The notes: generated by a model from the letters alone, not told the origin. A stretch of 64,000 nt of DNA from Azolla caroliniana (GCA_043228905.1 JBHGNT010000010.1:6076001-6140000); one strand, 5' to 3'; shown: positions 16,500 to 29,620, counted from the first letter of the stretch. A program made the numbers and translations.

Positions 16500-17471
16500 C
16501 CATAAATAATGGTTTTTGGTGCAAATGAAGGACGTACGTAATTTCTATCGCTCAAGAGAATATACATGATATCGTAACATAGAGTTGGCCCACGAGTGAC
16601 ATTGTTATTCCAAAGACTGATAGATAGATTATTATGTTGTTCATCTAGTAGAGAGCATTGAATTTCTTTGCAAAAAGAATTATTTATGTCTTCTTGTTTA
16701 TTGTGTTGGCTAGGAAAGGAGAAATTGCACTCCTAGTTTAATCACTAGTTTCATAATTTGGGAGTCAAAGAGGTGGAAGATGTAGTTGAGTATCTCGCAG
16801 ATTTTTGGACTTTGTTAAATTGTGACAATTGTTACACAACTTGCCCGATTATGGGTTTTATTTGACAACAAGTATAAACTATAACATTGATGCAAGGTAC
16901 CTATACAAACTGAAGAATAATGATAGATTGATTACCATTTCTAGGGTTAGACGTCATTGAGTTTGTTTTATGGCTATCATCTAATGTTGAGCATGAAAGG
17001 AAGATATGTAACTCTATTTATGAATGGCATTCTAAATTGTCACTTATAACAAAGTTCTTAATTTGGAGAGTATTAATTGGGGGTTTTCCTTTTGGGGTTA
17101 GCCCTAAAGAGATGAGGACATGCAACATGCAATTGCTTCTTATGCACTATTCAAGTCAATTTCATCGCTTATGATAAAGGGTGACGAGATGGAGATTATT
17201 TTCCTCTTTTTGAGATGTTGGAGATTGCATTATAATTGGTGTGTGCAATGTTTTTGTATTTAATGGTAGGAATGTAGTTAGAGAATATGTACAAAGGTTG
17301 ATGCAACAATTTTGTTTATTGGAGCAAGTTTGCATTCTTTCCTCAATGGAGTGTTTGTCTTGGTTATTGGTGATTTACTATGTTTCACTATATGTGCAAC
17401 AATGATCACACTCAATTGTGGTACTATGGTAGTGTTTTTCACACACAATTATTAATATAATTGTATGTTTT

Positions 17472-17505
<34 letters not shown>
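16500..17505 (+). mobile_element. Older 5'-truncated LINE copy (3' ORF2 and UTR remnant) ending in (GA)n; left edge approximate
   Basis: 16708-16810 aligns by eye to 23012-23120; the 3' end ttattaatataattgt.tgttttca+(GA)n matches 23970-24028. Confidence 0.75.
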
Positions 17506-17528
17506 AAGAGTGGAGAGGGGAAGATTCT

Positions 17529-17662
17529 TTTCTCAATGGAGTGTTTGTCTTGGTTATTGGTGATTTACTATGTTTCACTATATGTGCAACAATGATCACA
17601 CAATTGTGGTACTATGGTAGTGTTTTTCACACACAATTATTAATATAATTGTATGTTTTCAT

Positions 17663-17702
<40 letters not shown>
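17529..17702 (+). repeat. Near-perfect duplicate of the LINE 3' end (17339-17505) with its own (GA)n tail
   Basis: ctcaatggagtgtttgtcttgg...gtatgttttca repeated. Confidence 0.9.
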
Positions 17703-17706
<4 letters not shown>

Positions 17707-17986
17707 GAGAGGGGAAGAAAAAGCGAAATTGTTTTTATTGTTGCACTCTCTATCAGTAATGGAATTGAGCATAAAGACATGTGTTGGAAAGCCCTCGATT
17801 AGAGCTTCGTAACGAGATATAGAAAGTTAAAATTGGTGGTCTGTGTGAGAAGCAACGATTAAAATAAGGAATCTTGTGTTGTTGGCATCCACATACTCAA
17901 CACACATTGGGGGTCTTCGATTGTATTCATCATCTTCGACCTCTTCAATCGGGTGAGTTTCAGTTGTCTTTCTTGTTCATGGAAAA

Positions 17987-19438
17987 TTGTTTTTATCCCG
18001 GATCACTATCACATCAAGAATAATGGATATAAACATGAATTCCTCTCAAATAGTGGGGGACATTGATATGGAAACAATTGATCCAAAAAAGAGTAATGTG
18101 ATGGTTGAATGTAATCGTGAAAGGGAAGACATTGGAAGCTCTAAGCGGTTTAAGGGCATTGAGGAAATTAATGAGAAAAAAGCGACATATGCCGAAGTAA
18201 TACATGCAGATGAGGTTGACAAGGATAATTGTAATTGGGATACTTTATGGGGAATTGCCAATACCTTATTGTCTGATATTGTGGAAGAAAATGAAAATGC
18301 AACGAAAGAGTGCAATGATGAGGATGTGCATGATGTGGATGTTGATGCTAAGGTAGTGTTGCAATCTTTTGATGTATTCTATGATCCTGCAGTTATATTA
18401 TTTTTTACTGGGAAACTTCCATACATTAATTGGATTAAACAATGGTTGAACACAATCGTGTCACCAAATTGTGTTGAAAATATATATGCAGGACCACGAG
18501 GGTTTTATGATGTAGTGTTTCATTCACCGGAACATCGAAGTGCACTGTTGGCTAAAGTTCCAGTGTTTTTTGATAAACGATTGGTGCATGTAATGCAATG
18601 GTCCCCTGTTGTGGACTATCATGCTTTGTTGAAACAAGAATGCCCTGTTTGGGTAACAGTGGATTGTAAGCATGCTTTTTTATGGCCACTTTTACCAGAG
18701 TTGATGAGTCAAATGGGTAAAGTGTTGGTATCTCCACATGCAAATGCTACAAATAAGTGCAGATTTTGTGTGTTATGGGATACAAGTCGTAAGAGGCTAG
18801 GATGGGTGCATATGAACACACATGGAATGAAAAGACTTTGTTTTAAATTGAAGTGGGAGACATTTGCAGGTCATAGTTTTGGATGTGGTGAATGGGGTCA
18901 CTTTATGGCGGAATGTCATCGTCATTGTCCTTCAACTATAGAGGTTCCTAATGAAGGGAATGGTAAGGAAGGAGTTGGGAGAGATGTTGGTGTGTTAGAT
19001 ATGGTGGTTGTTATGGATGAAGGAACATCATCTAGAGCAGGTTATAAAGAGGTTTCACTTCAAGGTTTGGACCCTAAGAATAAGGGAACTCAATCTATGG
19101 ATATGGAAAAACAAAATTTGGTGGTTATAGATAAGGGGAAAAAACCGTTGGATAGAACTAGTAATGATGTTGTTGTTAAAAAGGATTGGCATCAGGTTAA
19201 TGGCAAGTTGAAAGGCAAATAAATGAATATGCAACGTAATAGTTTGCCCACTACTCGTGAGACCACTTGGAAAAGTAATTTAGGAACTAGGGAGGGTCCT
19301 CGAAAATTTCCTTGGCAAAGACAATTTAGGGATAAGGGATTACCCATTCACCTTCAATTTGATTCATTGGGACAGGTTGTAAATTCATCGAATTCTCGAG
19401 GTTTTCGTCAATGCAGCATTGGAACATGCTTTGACTAG
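17987..19438 (+). pseudogene. LINE ORF1 (RNA-binding-like region plus degenerate zinc knuckle GCGEWGHFMAEC), in-frame stop at 19220-19222
   Basis: ORFs 17987-19222 and 19223-19438 are in the same frame, upstream of the endonuclease ORF. Confidence 0.75.
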
Positions 19439-19474
19439 TTTCATGACATCGGCTGCTCTATAGGAACAAGTGCA

Positions 19475-20049
19475 TGTCACAGACACGACTGTCACGCTTC
19501 CAAACAGGCGGCCGTAATGGGGAGAATAATGTCACGGACATGACAACAGTCATGTCAAGATTCGAACTCTTCACCTCTTGTATATAATCAAATGTTATGA
19601 TCTAACCAACACATCCAAATACATAGTCATGTTATATATATCTTAGTATATTATTACTAGATTATCTATTTCAAGTTGTATGAGTTTTTAGAAAGTTTTA
19701 GAACTAGGAGGTTCTAGAATATTCTTCCAAATATTCTCGAGAATATTCTAATGCATATACTTCAACTCGCAGTATAAATACTTGTAACTTCCTTAGTCCC
19801 TTTCAAGGGATTAAACGCCAGTCATTGACACATCAATCTAGTATTCTCGTTTTGCCCCGTCTTCTCTCCTTGATTTACATCTCTCTTTATGCTCTTGTAT
19901 TGTTCCTAGCGTCCTAAGTTCCTCATCTCGTTGCTCCCAACTTCCCGAGTTTCTATCCCCATCATGTCGAGTTCCACGTTCGTAACCTTATCGATCGTAG
20001 CCTCGTCATCTGTGCTTTGTCATAGTCTAGGGTTGGTGTGTCTGTGACA
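19475..20049 (+). mobile_element. Solo LTR (575 bp) of a chromovirus-related Ty3/Gypsy family inserted in the LINE
   Basis: 12-bp terminal inverted repeat tgtcacagacac/gtgtctgtgaca; 5-bp TSD GTGCA (19470-19474, 20050-20054); TATA at 19773; shares tgtcaagattcgaactctt with the LTR at 50327 and aacgccagtc with the LTR at 32807. Confidence 0.9.
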
Positions 20050-20074
20050 GTGCACCCATAACATTATTGACTGA

Positions 20075-23000
20075 ATGAAAGTGGTAACATGGAATGTGAG
20101 AGGGGCACGTTCTCCTCATAAGAAGTATATATTATGGCAAACTTTATTAAGTAAAGAATGGGATATATTATGTGTAGTTGAGCATAAGTGTCATGAGTTA
20201 GCAGGATCCACAGTTCATTTGCATGGATATTCATCATTCTATGCAAGACATCTTAATAATCATTATTCAGGTGTGGTATTAATCGTGCGGGATAAGTATT
20301 TTCCTCAGGTGGTGCATAATGATCCTTATGGTTGGTTTTTGGTTCTAGAAATCACTTTTTTTGGCGAGGTTGTGTGGGTGGTTGGGATTTATGCCCCTAA
20401 CCAAGCCACTCAACGTATTGCATTACGGGGCTCACTTCGTCAAACCCTATGTGTGGGCCATCCAGGATTACTTATGGGTGATTTTAACATGTGTGTTGAT
20501 GCATCTCAATCTACGTCTGAACATTCGATCATGGATGATCCTGAGCAACTTGCTTGGGATTCATTGGCTATGGAAGTTTTGAAGTTGGATGTTTGGTCAT
20601 GGTTGCATGGGACTGATCCAGGTTTTACTTTCCAATCCGCTCAACATAGACAAACATGGAGTTGGTTAGATAGAATGTATGTGATGCACAATGATTCTTT
20701 TTTACCGACATCACTTCGTATGGCAATTTTACATGATGTAGGAACTTCAGATCACTTTCCTATTTGTTTGGAGATTTGTGGTCATGCAATTGACATGTAT
20801 AAATCCTTACTTGGAAAGCCTCCATTACGCTTTAACTCTTCTCTTTTGCTTCAACCTCACTTTGATTCTCTCATGGAGCAAATTTTGGTAATTTTTTCAC
20901 AAGAAGTGAATCGTAAAGGACTTAAAGCATGGGATATCACATTATGAAATATTAAGATCGTTCATCGTATGTATGGAGTAACTAATGCTCAACGAAGAAG
21001 AGGCGTTCTCCTAAAATTCTCACAAGTTCTCTCTAGGTGTAATGCATTATTGATATGTGAACCTTTAGATGAGGAGCTTTTGGATATCCAAAGTCAATTG
21101 CCTGTTATTATTTCTCAGTTGCAATGCCAAAGTTATCGTTATGCGAAGATGCGATAATTGAGGGATGGACTCATAGATAATCAATGTCAATCCCATTTGT
21201 TTTTCCAAGCATTACATCCTACTTATACTCGATCTAATGTGGTCAATGTGAAGCAAGGTGATGAATGGATAGTGGATCCTACTAAAATAATTGACATATG
21301 TGTTCATTACTCTAAGGAGTTGATTGGCCCACAATTGTTAATGACAAATGAGGTGAGTAGAGCACGTCATGAGTTTTATGATGTGGTTAGATGTATTGTG
21401 CATGACCTCATTAGTCATGAATTGGATGCAGATTTCACTGAGGATGAGGTGGACATAGTTTTAAGGCATCTTCCTAGTGGTAAGAGCCCTGGTTGGGATG
21501 GCTTGACAAATGAAGTTTTTAAGCGATATTCACACATTTTAAAGGGGCCCTTAACTTTGATGTTTCAACATTCTTGGGATTCTGGTCATATGCCTCAAGC
21601 TTGGAAGGTTGTTCTAATTAAATTAGTTCCTAAGGTGGTATCTCTAGAGTCATTTCATCAATGGAGACCTATTTCTTTGATGGGGGGGTTGTATAAGATA
21701 TTTACAAAGGTCTTGGCAAATAGATTACAAAAGTATTTGCCAAAGTTGATACATCCCGCCCAATATGGTTTTATTGCAGGTAGGAATATATTGCATAATG
21801 TGTTGAATGTTCAAATGGCCATGGATTATGCTCGAAACACTCATCAAGAATTGATTATGGTGCAATTAGATTTGGAGAAAGCTTATGATCATGTTAATTG
21901 GCCCTTTGTTTCTGGGTCAATGCATACAATGGGCTTTGGACCTTGTATGTCTCGCCTCATATTTTTTTTAGGACAAGATACGGTGTCTCGAGTCATGCTT
22001 AATGGAGGAGTTACATCAGATATTTCCCTTACAAGATCCGTTTGTCAAGGATGCCCTATTAGCCCGTTTTTGTTTGCTATTGTTACTCATCCCTTGTTAG
22101 TGATGCTATCAAGGCTTGCAACAAATGGTGATATTGTGGGTCTACACCTTCCGTATGGAGGGCAACTAGTTGCACAAGCTTTGGCTGATGATTCTTTCAT
22201 ATTTCTACAAGCCTCATGAGAGAATCTTGAGAAAGGGATGCTTGTATGGAACCAATTTGCATTGGTTTCCGGATTACATATTAATTGGAGGAAGTCTAGT
22301 CTCATATCATGTATTGAAAGGGATTTGGAATGTTTAGGATGGCAAGGATCCGTGGTGAAGAAAGGCTCTATTTTCGGCACTTGTGCTATCCATTAGGAAT
22401 GAATATTACAAATGGTCAATTGATTGAATGGATGTCTAGTAAGTTGAGGGACAAGTTCATGTATTGGAAATCACAATTTTGGCCATTTCATGTACGTTTG
22501 AAGGTTGTACAATGTATTATGGAACCTATGATATTATATTACTTGCCAATGTTGTCGTGGACAAAGAAGACTTTGCATTCTATTTTGAAACCTCTTAGAT
22601 ATTTGTTGTGGAAGAAAAGTGATAAGATGGGAATCACTTGGGTTGCATGGAATCATCTAGCAACTCCTAAGCGTTTGGGGGGAGTTGGAGTATTGAACTT
22701 ATCTAAGCATATGATGGCTCGTAGATTTTCATTATTACAAGACATGTGTTCAAACTCACAACCATGGATATCTATTGTTCAATATTTCATTGAGAACAAG
22801 GGTTTAACACATGGGAGGACAACAATTAAGGCTTCATGGTGGCAATTACTAAATGGATAAATTTCACTTAGGATTCCGGGCTCTACATGTGTTCAACACT
22901 TGGTTACCTCATGGCAAGAAGCACTCTTGTTATGTGTATGGAAACCATCATCTAGTAGAGAGCATTGTAATTCTTTGCAAAAAGAGTTACTTGTCTTCTC

Positions 23001-23902
23001 GGTTATTATGTTGGCCAGGAAAGGAAAGATTACGCTCTTAATTTAATCATTTGTTTCGTTTGGGGGTCAAAGAGGTGGGGATATAGTTGAGGCTCCATCT
23101 CAAAGAATTTTGGAGTTTGCTGAAGCATGACAATTATTACGCATTCCGCCTAATTATGGGTTTATTTGGCAACAACTACGAAATATTCCATTGATGCAAG
23201 GTCCCTTAGCTTTACAAATAGGAGAACAACCGTGGATTGATTGGTGTTTAAAGGGTCAAACATCGTTGTTACAAGTGACTACTAATCTTTTGTATCATTG
23301 CTCTGTTGAGTCTCTTGGATGGTTATCATCTAAGGTTGAAGAAGAATGGACATTACACAAATTTGATCATGGGTGGTGGCAATCTTACAACGTAGTTGGC
23401 ATTCTAAATTGCCACTTGTAACAAAGGTTTTCGTTGGAGAGTTTTGATTGGAGGATTGTCTTTGGGATTAGCTCTAAAGCGTCGTGGACTAGCAACGGGT
23501 AATTGCTTTTTTTGCACTGTTCAAATTGAAGATAGTACTCATCGATTTATACAATGTTTGATTGCTTCTCAGATTTGGAGTTACATTTCTCAAATTTGGC
23601 AAGTTTTATCACGGTGTTATTTGACACCTAGACAGTGGGTGTTTGCACAATTTACATAGGTGAACCCAAAGTCAGAGATGGAGATTGTTTTTCTATTTTT
23701 GAGATATTGGGGATTGTGTCATAATTGGAATATGCGCAACACTTTTGTATTCAATGGTAGACATGGAGTGAAAGCATATCTACGAAAGTTGAAGGGAGTA
23801 CTAATTTCGCAATTTTCTTTATTGGAGCAAATGGAAATCCTTTCCTCGGTGGAATGTTTGTCTTACCTATTGGCAATTCAACATGTTCCATTACCCATGT
23901 AG
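20075..23902 (+). pseudogene. LINE ORF2 (APE endonuclease, RT, zf-RVT), disrupted by stops and frameshifts
   Basis: TWNVRG, MGDFN, WLDRMY and SDHFPI (endonuclease); KSPGWDG, WRPISL, QYGFIAGR, LDLEKAYDHV, QGCPISP and ADD (RT); CFFC...HRFIQC (zinc finger). Confidence 0.92.
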
Positions 23903-23995
23903 TGTAGTGTAGTTAGTGGGTGACCATACTTCATGGTCACACCCATTGTAAGTAGTGTTTTTTACACACATTTATTAATATAATTGTGTGTTTTC

Positions 23996-24032
<37 letters not shown>

Positions 24033-24056
24033 ATATAATAGAGAAGTGAGGAAATT

Positions 24057-24122
24057 GGGTTTCGAACCCAAGACACAGTGCTTGTAGTGTTATCGACTTA
24101 CCACTAGGGTAAGTTAATTATG

Positions 24123-24126
<4 letters not shown>
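24057..24126 (+). mobile_element. Partial copy of the tRNA-like SINE-type repeat seen at 9680-9816
   Basis: gggtttcgaacccaagacacagtgcttgtagtgtt...accactagggtaag resembles the reverse complement of 9700-9757. Confidence 0.6.
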
Positions 24127-24156
<30 letters not shown>

Positions 24157-24159
24157 AAC

Positions 24160-24411
24160 GCTTTTGTATTCGATGGTAGACATGTAGTGAAAGCATATCT
24201 ACGAAAGTTGAAGGGAGTACTAATGTGACAATTTTCTTTATTGGAGCAAGTGAAAATTCTTTCCTCGGTGGAGTGTTCGTCTTGTCTATTGGCAATTCAA
24301 CATGTTCCACTACCCATGTACTGTAGTTAGTGGGTGACCATATTCCATTGTCACACCCATTGTAAGTAGTGTTTTTTACACACATTTATTAATATAATTG
24401 TGTGTTTTCAC

Positions 24412-24441
<30 letters not shown>
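24160..24441 (+). mobile_element. Short 5'-truncated copy of the LINE 3' end between (GA)n tracts
   Basis: Highly similar to 23740-24028; preceded and followed by (GA)n. Confidence 0.9.
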
Positions 24442-24446
<5 letters not shown>

Positions 24447-25011
24447 TGTCCTTGGTGGTAAAATATGACCTATGGGACCAAAACGGAATAATTTGTTTTG
24501 CACAGTATGTGTGGAATGGAGTAACAACTAAATATTTAAGAATTTTACTAATAAACATGGTAATCAAGATTGCATATTGAGATTGAGAGGAATATGTATA
24601 GGGGGTGGACCAGATTGAGAGTGTATGGAAAGCAAGCTCAAATGTGGTTGAATGGAGTGCATTGTATTACTCTTGACTCCCAAACTTATGCAAGGCATAA
24701 TATACATAGTTGACAAGTCTCCTATCATGGGTATGAACAAAATTTATCCCGTTGTAGTTTGTACCACAATATTCTACACACGACGATAAAAGTGTGAGGG
24801 TTAACTGAGAGTGTAAAGAAGGGAGGATTACTTTTAATCCTAGGGATTGAGACAACCCGTAACTATCCTCATTAGACACGTTATTTGACTACGTTGAGAC
24901 TATGATCTTGTGGTGAACAAACTCTTGTGAAGGGCATGCACTTGTACTAGGTACGACTCGATGCCATGGTGGTGGTATTGGATCTCATTCAAGGTTCAAG
25001 TCCGTCTCGAT

Positions 25012-25257
25012 CCCTTCGCTCAGGGGTGGTCGAGTGGATCGACACCCTTCTTTCTCTCTCTTTCTCTTTACTATCTATCATTTATTTCCTTTTCTTATGC
25101 TTACATTAGAAATAATCTCTAACATCTCCGGACACCCTTCGCTCAGGGGTGGTCGAGTGGATCGACACCCTTCTTTCTCTCTCTTTCTCTTTACTATCTA
25201 TCATTTATTTCCTTTTCTTATGCTTACATTAGAAATAATCTCTAACATCTCCGGACA
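25012..25257. repeat. 123-bp perfect tandem duplication
   Basis: cccttcgctcaggggtgg...catctccggaca at 25012 and 25135. Confidence 0.95.
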
Positions 25258-26449
25258 TGTGTTCCATTGCTCCGTCTCACAATGAAGAGAATGTGAGCTA
25301 ATTCATAAGGAAGCAATAGTGTGAATGGCAAACAAAGGGATAAGGTCTAGCATGTATAAGTGATATGAGCTATCCGGAACCAAATATTTTGAGGTAGTAT
25401 GTGTGGAGTTGCAATAATGAATGTTGATGTTCAAAAAGATTACTAACGAAACTTGTAATTGAAAGTGCATATTATGATTGTGAGAGAAATGTGTATGGTG
25501 TTTGACATTTTACTAGCAAATGTTGCAATTTAGAGTGCACATTGTGTCAGGAAGAGAAATGTGCGTGACAATTTACTAGTGAACGTTGCAATTTTAAGTG
25601 CATATTATGATAATAGAAAAGCGTGTGTGGACAGAACCAATTGACAATGCGCGCGCGTGTGTGTGGCTCAAGATGGAGTTTGGTATGGGTCTTATCTCTT
25701 ATCATAACCAGGATAGAAAGGAAAGCATTGGAACTTGGGCACAAAATTACAACATAGTTAAACCTCACTTTTGGGAATATTGTGGTTAAGGGGAGGAACA
25801 ATGACTCTTTGGATGAGACCTAGATTATATCCTAACCTTCTTTCTCTCCCATCCCTTTATAATACAAAAGTAGTTCCCCAATTAGACACATATGAGATTT
25901 TCTCTATGCACAAGGATGATGATGCCAAAGAGGGGATGCTTCTCCTTTGCGTTCACAACATGATTTTACCTATGGGTTCTTACTCTTAGGGTTGTGCTAG
26001 TGCAATAAACATTGTTTTTTTCAACATGATTGCCATGCGACGTTTGGAGTTTAGCACCCACACAACTTTTCTTTATTTAGACCCATAAGGAGCACCACGA
26101 AATCAAAATTTTTTAATCAAACTTGCAATGTTTTTGCAAACTTGTACTAAAATATGAACCTTTGATTACGATGGCGTTGGAAGGGCCAAGGCGGGAATCA
26201 GAGTGTAGTAAAGTACATACACACCGATTCCAGAAGCAGGTGCAATGCAGGAGGCAGGCAACATGGTTGTGGCCGGGCGGGCTGTACAGAGGGCCATTTG
26301 TTTTTCCGAGAAAGAGCACGTGAACCATCCTTCGGCGCGAGAGTGAGTGTGTGTGTGGATGGCCATGCTCTGCTGCCCGGACGGCCTTCAGGTGTGAAAC
26401 CAAAATTGAAGAGAAGGCCAGGAGGCTCTGTCTGTTGGTCGTTAGTTAC

Positions 26450-26472
26450 AACAACAACAACAACGAGAGGAG

Positions 26473-26507
<35 letters not shown>

Positions 26508-26764
26508 GTCTGTCTCGCAGTTATCCTTTTCTTTTCCGCCTCCTTTCCCTCACCGCTCCATCATCTCGATCAGGATTCAGGTTCTCACACACATACACAC
26601 ACACACACACACACACTCTCTCTCTCGATCGATCGATCTATGGATGTGTTCCTTAGCTGTTTTATGTCCCATTTGTCATCTCCTGTATTATCCATGTGTA
26701 TGTATGTATGTATGTATGTATGTATGTATGTATGTATGTATGTATGTATGTATGTATATATGTC

Positions 26765-26795
<31 letters not shown>

Positions 26796-26800
26796 ATGTA

Positions 26801-26837
<37 letters not shown>

Positions 26838-26841
26838 ATGT

Positions 26842-26879
<38 letters not shown>

Positions 26880-26880
26880 T
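26450..26880. repeat. Compound microsatellite cluster (AAC, CT, CA, TATG, TG) in the probable 5' UTR/first intron of the SSNA1-like gene
   Basis: Seen directly; explains the spurious MYVC/HTHT ORFs. Confidence 0.95.
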
Positions 26881-27978
26881 CAAAACCTTTTCAATCTCCC
26901 CTCTCCCCTTTTTTCTTGACGGGAATTTCTCTTTTCTTTGCAGAACTGGTCACGGATTCCAATCTCCTGGAGTGAGGAATGATGACTAGAATGATGTTGA
27001 TGGCGACAAAGATGTCGATTATCGTCGTCGCGATGGCGAGACAACCATCTTATTGAGGAGGTATGAAATGAATCTGGTGTTCTGTTTTGAAAATGAATTG
27101 AAGGAGCATGATTGTGTGGTGAGATAGTTAGTATAACTAACCAAAGAACTCATGTAGTCTTTCCATTCGTTGTTGTACGTATTCGATTTAATGAATCTTA
27201 ATATCAAGGTTCTACCTTGGAAAAGATCATCTGAAAATTATAGTTGTGCATTCATAAAAACTGTAGATGGTGTAAACTTGATATGCACATATACCAAAGG
27301 TTCATTTGGGAGCTTCATACAGTATTTTTAATCAAGCCACATTCTGTCTTCCCTAATTTTGGTAGCTTTCCTATTACGTGGTGAGCATATCATTGCCATA
27401 ATATTAAATTGAGTCAAATTGACATGATAAATAATGATACATGTAGCGAGATAAAAACCTATCTAGCTTTCAACAGACCAAATGGCCTAATTGGCTTTCA
27501 AATTATGATATAAGTGTAATAGACATCCAAACACGTTTAAAATAGATCAAACAGCCTAACTAGCTTTCTAAATGTAATAGGCATCCAAAACCATGCATAA
27601 GGTTCATGGTAGAGAATTGCTTTCATCACATTTGAATTTAATTCCTTGATTGACAACTAATACTCTTTTAGTACATACTTTTTGGTGCCATATGTTGCGA
27701 AGGTTAAAGGGTCGATCACAACGGATTCCTTAGGGGCCTCGACGAGTGAGCGGGACCTGGGTGCCCAATACCACCAATCAACTGGCAATAGCAATCACAA
27801 GCCGAGCAAGTTATCGAGTAGCGGTGGTGACCGCTCTCGAAGTAGTCTAGATGTAGGTGGTAACAGTGGAGGCGGAGGTGGACCTTTTAACATCATTGGC
27901 ACTGGTAATAGGGGCGTAGGTCGCCTCCACCAACACCATCTCCATCGCTTCAATGATCCATATCGTTGCCCTGTCCAT

Positions 27979-28658
27979 ATGACTGGTCGTTCCTCTGGTA
28001 TTGGTGGTGGTGAACTCGAAGATTACACCATGGAGCTCATTCAACGTATGTTTTTCTTCGCTAAGTTACTTATTTAAACATTTAATCTATACTGTGTACG
28101 CATGTGTATGTAAGTACACGCACTGGATGTGAAGTGAAATTCACATCAACAACAACAATTTGATGTATGTATTTATTTGTTTTCTAATGCCTTCCAACCC
28201 TTAACCATTCCTATCTTAGCATTAATTGGCATTCATGAAATCGTGTTGCGATTCAAAAACCTTTTTACAATCAGCTTTAATTGTTTCAAGATAACAGGCA
28301 TTGAAGAACTTCGAGAGAAAAGGGATGAGATCACAAAAATGCTTCAAAGTGAGGAAGAAGAAAAAACCAACATTCAAAAGGATCTTGTCCTTCTGACTAA
28401 GAGACTCGCAGAAGTTGATGACAGTTTGTCTCGAAAGTATGCATATATAAATGATTATGACAGAACAATTGAAGATGTCGAGGCTGCATATGGAAAAGTA
28501 TAATTATTTCCTTTGTTCTGTTAAGAGGTCCTTTGTTTCCTTGTATAGTTTGATTCGTATCTGAAATTTGATATAATTTTGTGCAGATCCTAGAAAGCTC
28601 TCAAGCATTATTACATGTTCTGAAGAGTGAAGCTATACAGATCGCCAATAAGAGATAA
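27979..28658 (+). CDS. SSNA1: SSNA1/NA14/DIP13 coiled-coil centriole/flagellar microtubule protein, 112 aa; exons 27979-28045, 28298-28497, 28587-28658
   Basis: Spliced product MTGRSSGIGGGELEDYTMELIQRIEELREKRDEI...EEEEKTNIQKDL...LSRK...YDRTIEDVEAAYGKILESSQALLHVLKSE. It matches the family pattern IEEL..KR.E...EE.EK..LQ...D.TI.E.EAAY.KILESSQ.LL.VLK.E. Confidence 0.88.
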
Positions 28659-29620
28659 ACTCCATCTGAAAAGGGATTTTGCAAAATCTACTAGGTTTTC
28701 AAGAGATTGTATGCATAGTATGGTGAAACATGTCACCTTTTTCTTGGGTTTCCTTTTCTTTCAATCTTGCTTCTTTACAATGAGGCAAGATGCATTCGTA
28801 ATAGAGGTCTCATATTGAAGACTGTGAACATGGATAAAAATAAGTTCACATATCTTACCCAAATATGAGCACAAAAATAGATCTATTTCATATTAATTCT
28901 CTCTGTTTCAAAGTGTGGTTTACTAGAGGGTAGGGCAATACTGATGTAACTGATTAATTCCGTAACTAATTTATGACCAAAACCCACCCACCTGAATTAC
29001 AGAATCAATCACTGTTTTCAATTTCAGAACAAATAATTAAAGAGAGGATCATACCTACGAAGTGTTAACAAGCAAAGCTTCTTTAATCTTTAATAGGTCC
29101 AAATGTTGAAATCACAAAAATTATATAATGCTTTGTTATAGACATCTTTTTGTAAAAGGCCACCATGTCTTCTTGCTTCTATGATCACTTTTTTATTCTA
29201 TCCATTTCATTCAATATGACTTTATTTCATAGTTCCACTAGCTGAAATTAAATTGATCTTCCATCTCAGATCACAGTACACTACATTTTGCTTGTCAAAT
29301 ATTCAGACAACATAAATTCAATGGGATTTTCGAAAGCATGTTTCATAGCAGAACCATTAAAAAGAGTAAAATCAATATCCATAATTGTTTACACTAGCAA
29401 ACACAGTTCAATATCTAAATGACAATTTGAGGTTTGACGCAAAAAGAGATTACATTTCTAAATTTAGATGTTAATTTACGGTATGTTCAACATTGAATTG
29501 TATGTTATGAAGCTCTATATTGGTCCCTGCGAAAAAGTATTGTAGGCAATCCTGAAGTGTTGTAACATCTATTTTTTTAACATCGCATCCTATCAATTTG
29601 ACTGAAAGATGATAGATCAA

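Larger units (their letters stand above)
17703..24028 (+). mobile_element. Near full-length decayed non-LTR retrotransposon (L1/Tx1-like LINE) bounded by (GA)n tracts
   Basis: ORF1 followed by ORF2 with APE endonuclease, reverse transcriptase (RT) and C-terminal zinc-finger remnants; 3' UTR ends in (GA)n. Confidence 0.9.

Noticed and set aside
24960-25005. tRNA/SINE suggested by ggttcaagtcc
   Set aside because: Isolated B-box-like word with no clear A box, cloverleaf, tail or TSD.
26298-26989. ORFs of 73-225 aa with MYVC/HTHT repeats
   Set aside because: Translations of stop-free TATG/TG/CA microsatellites.
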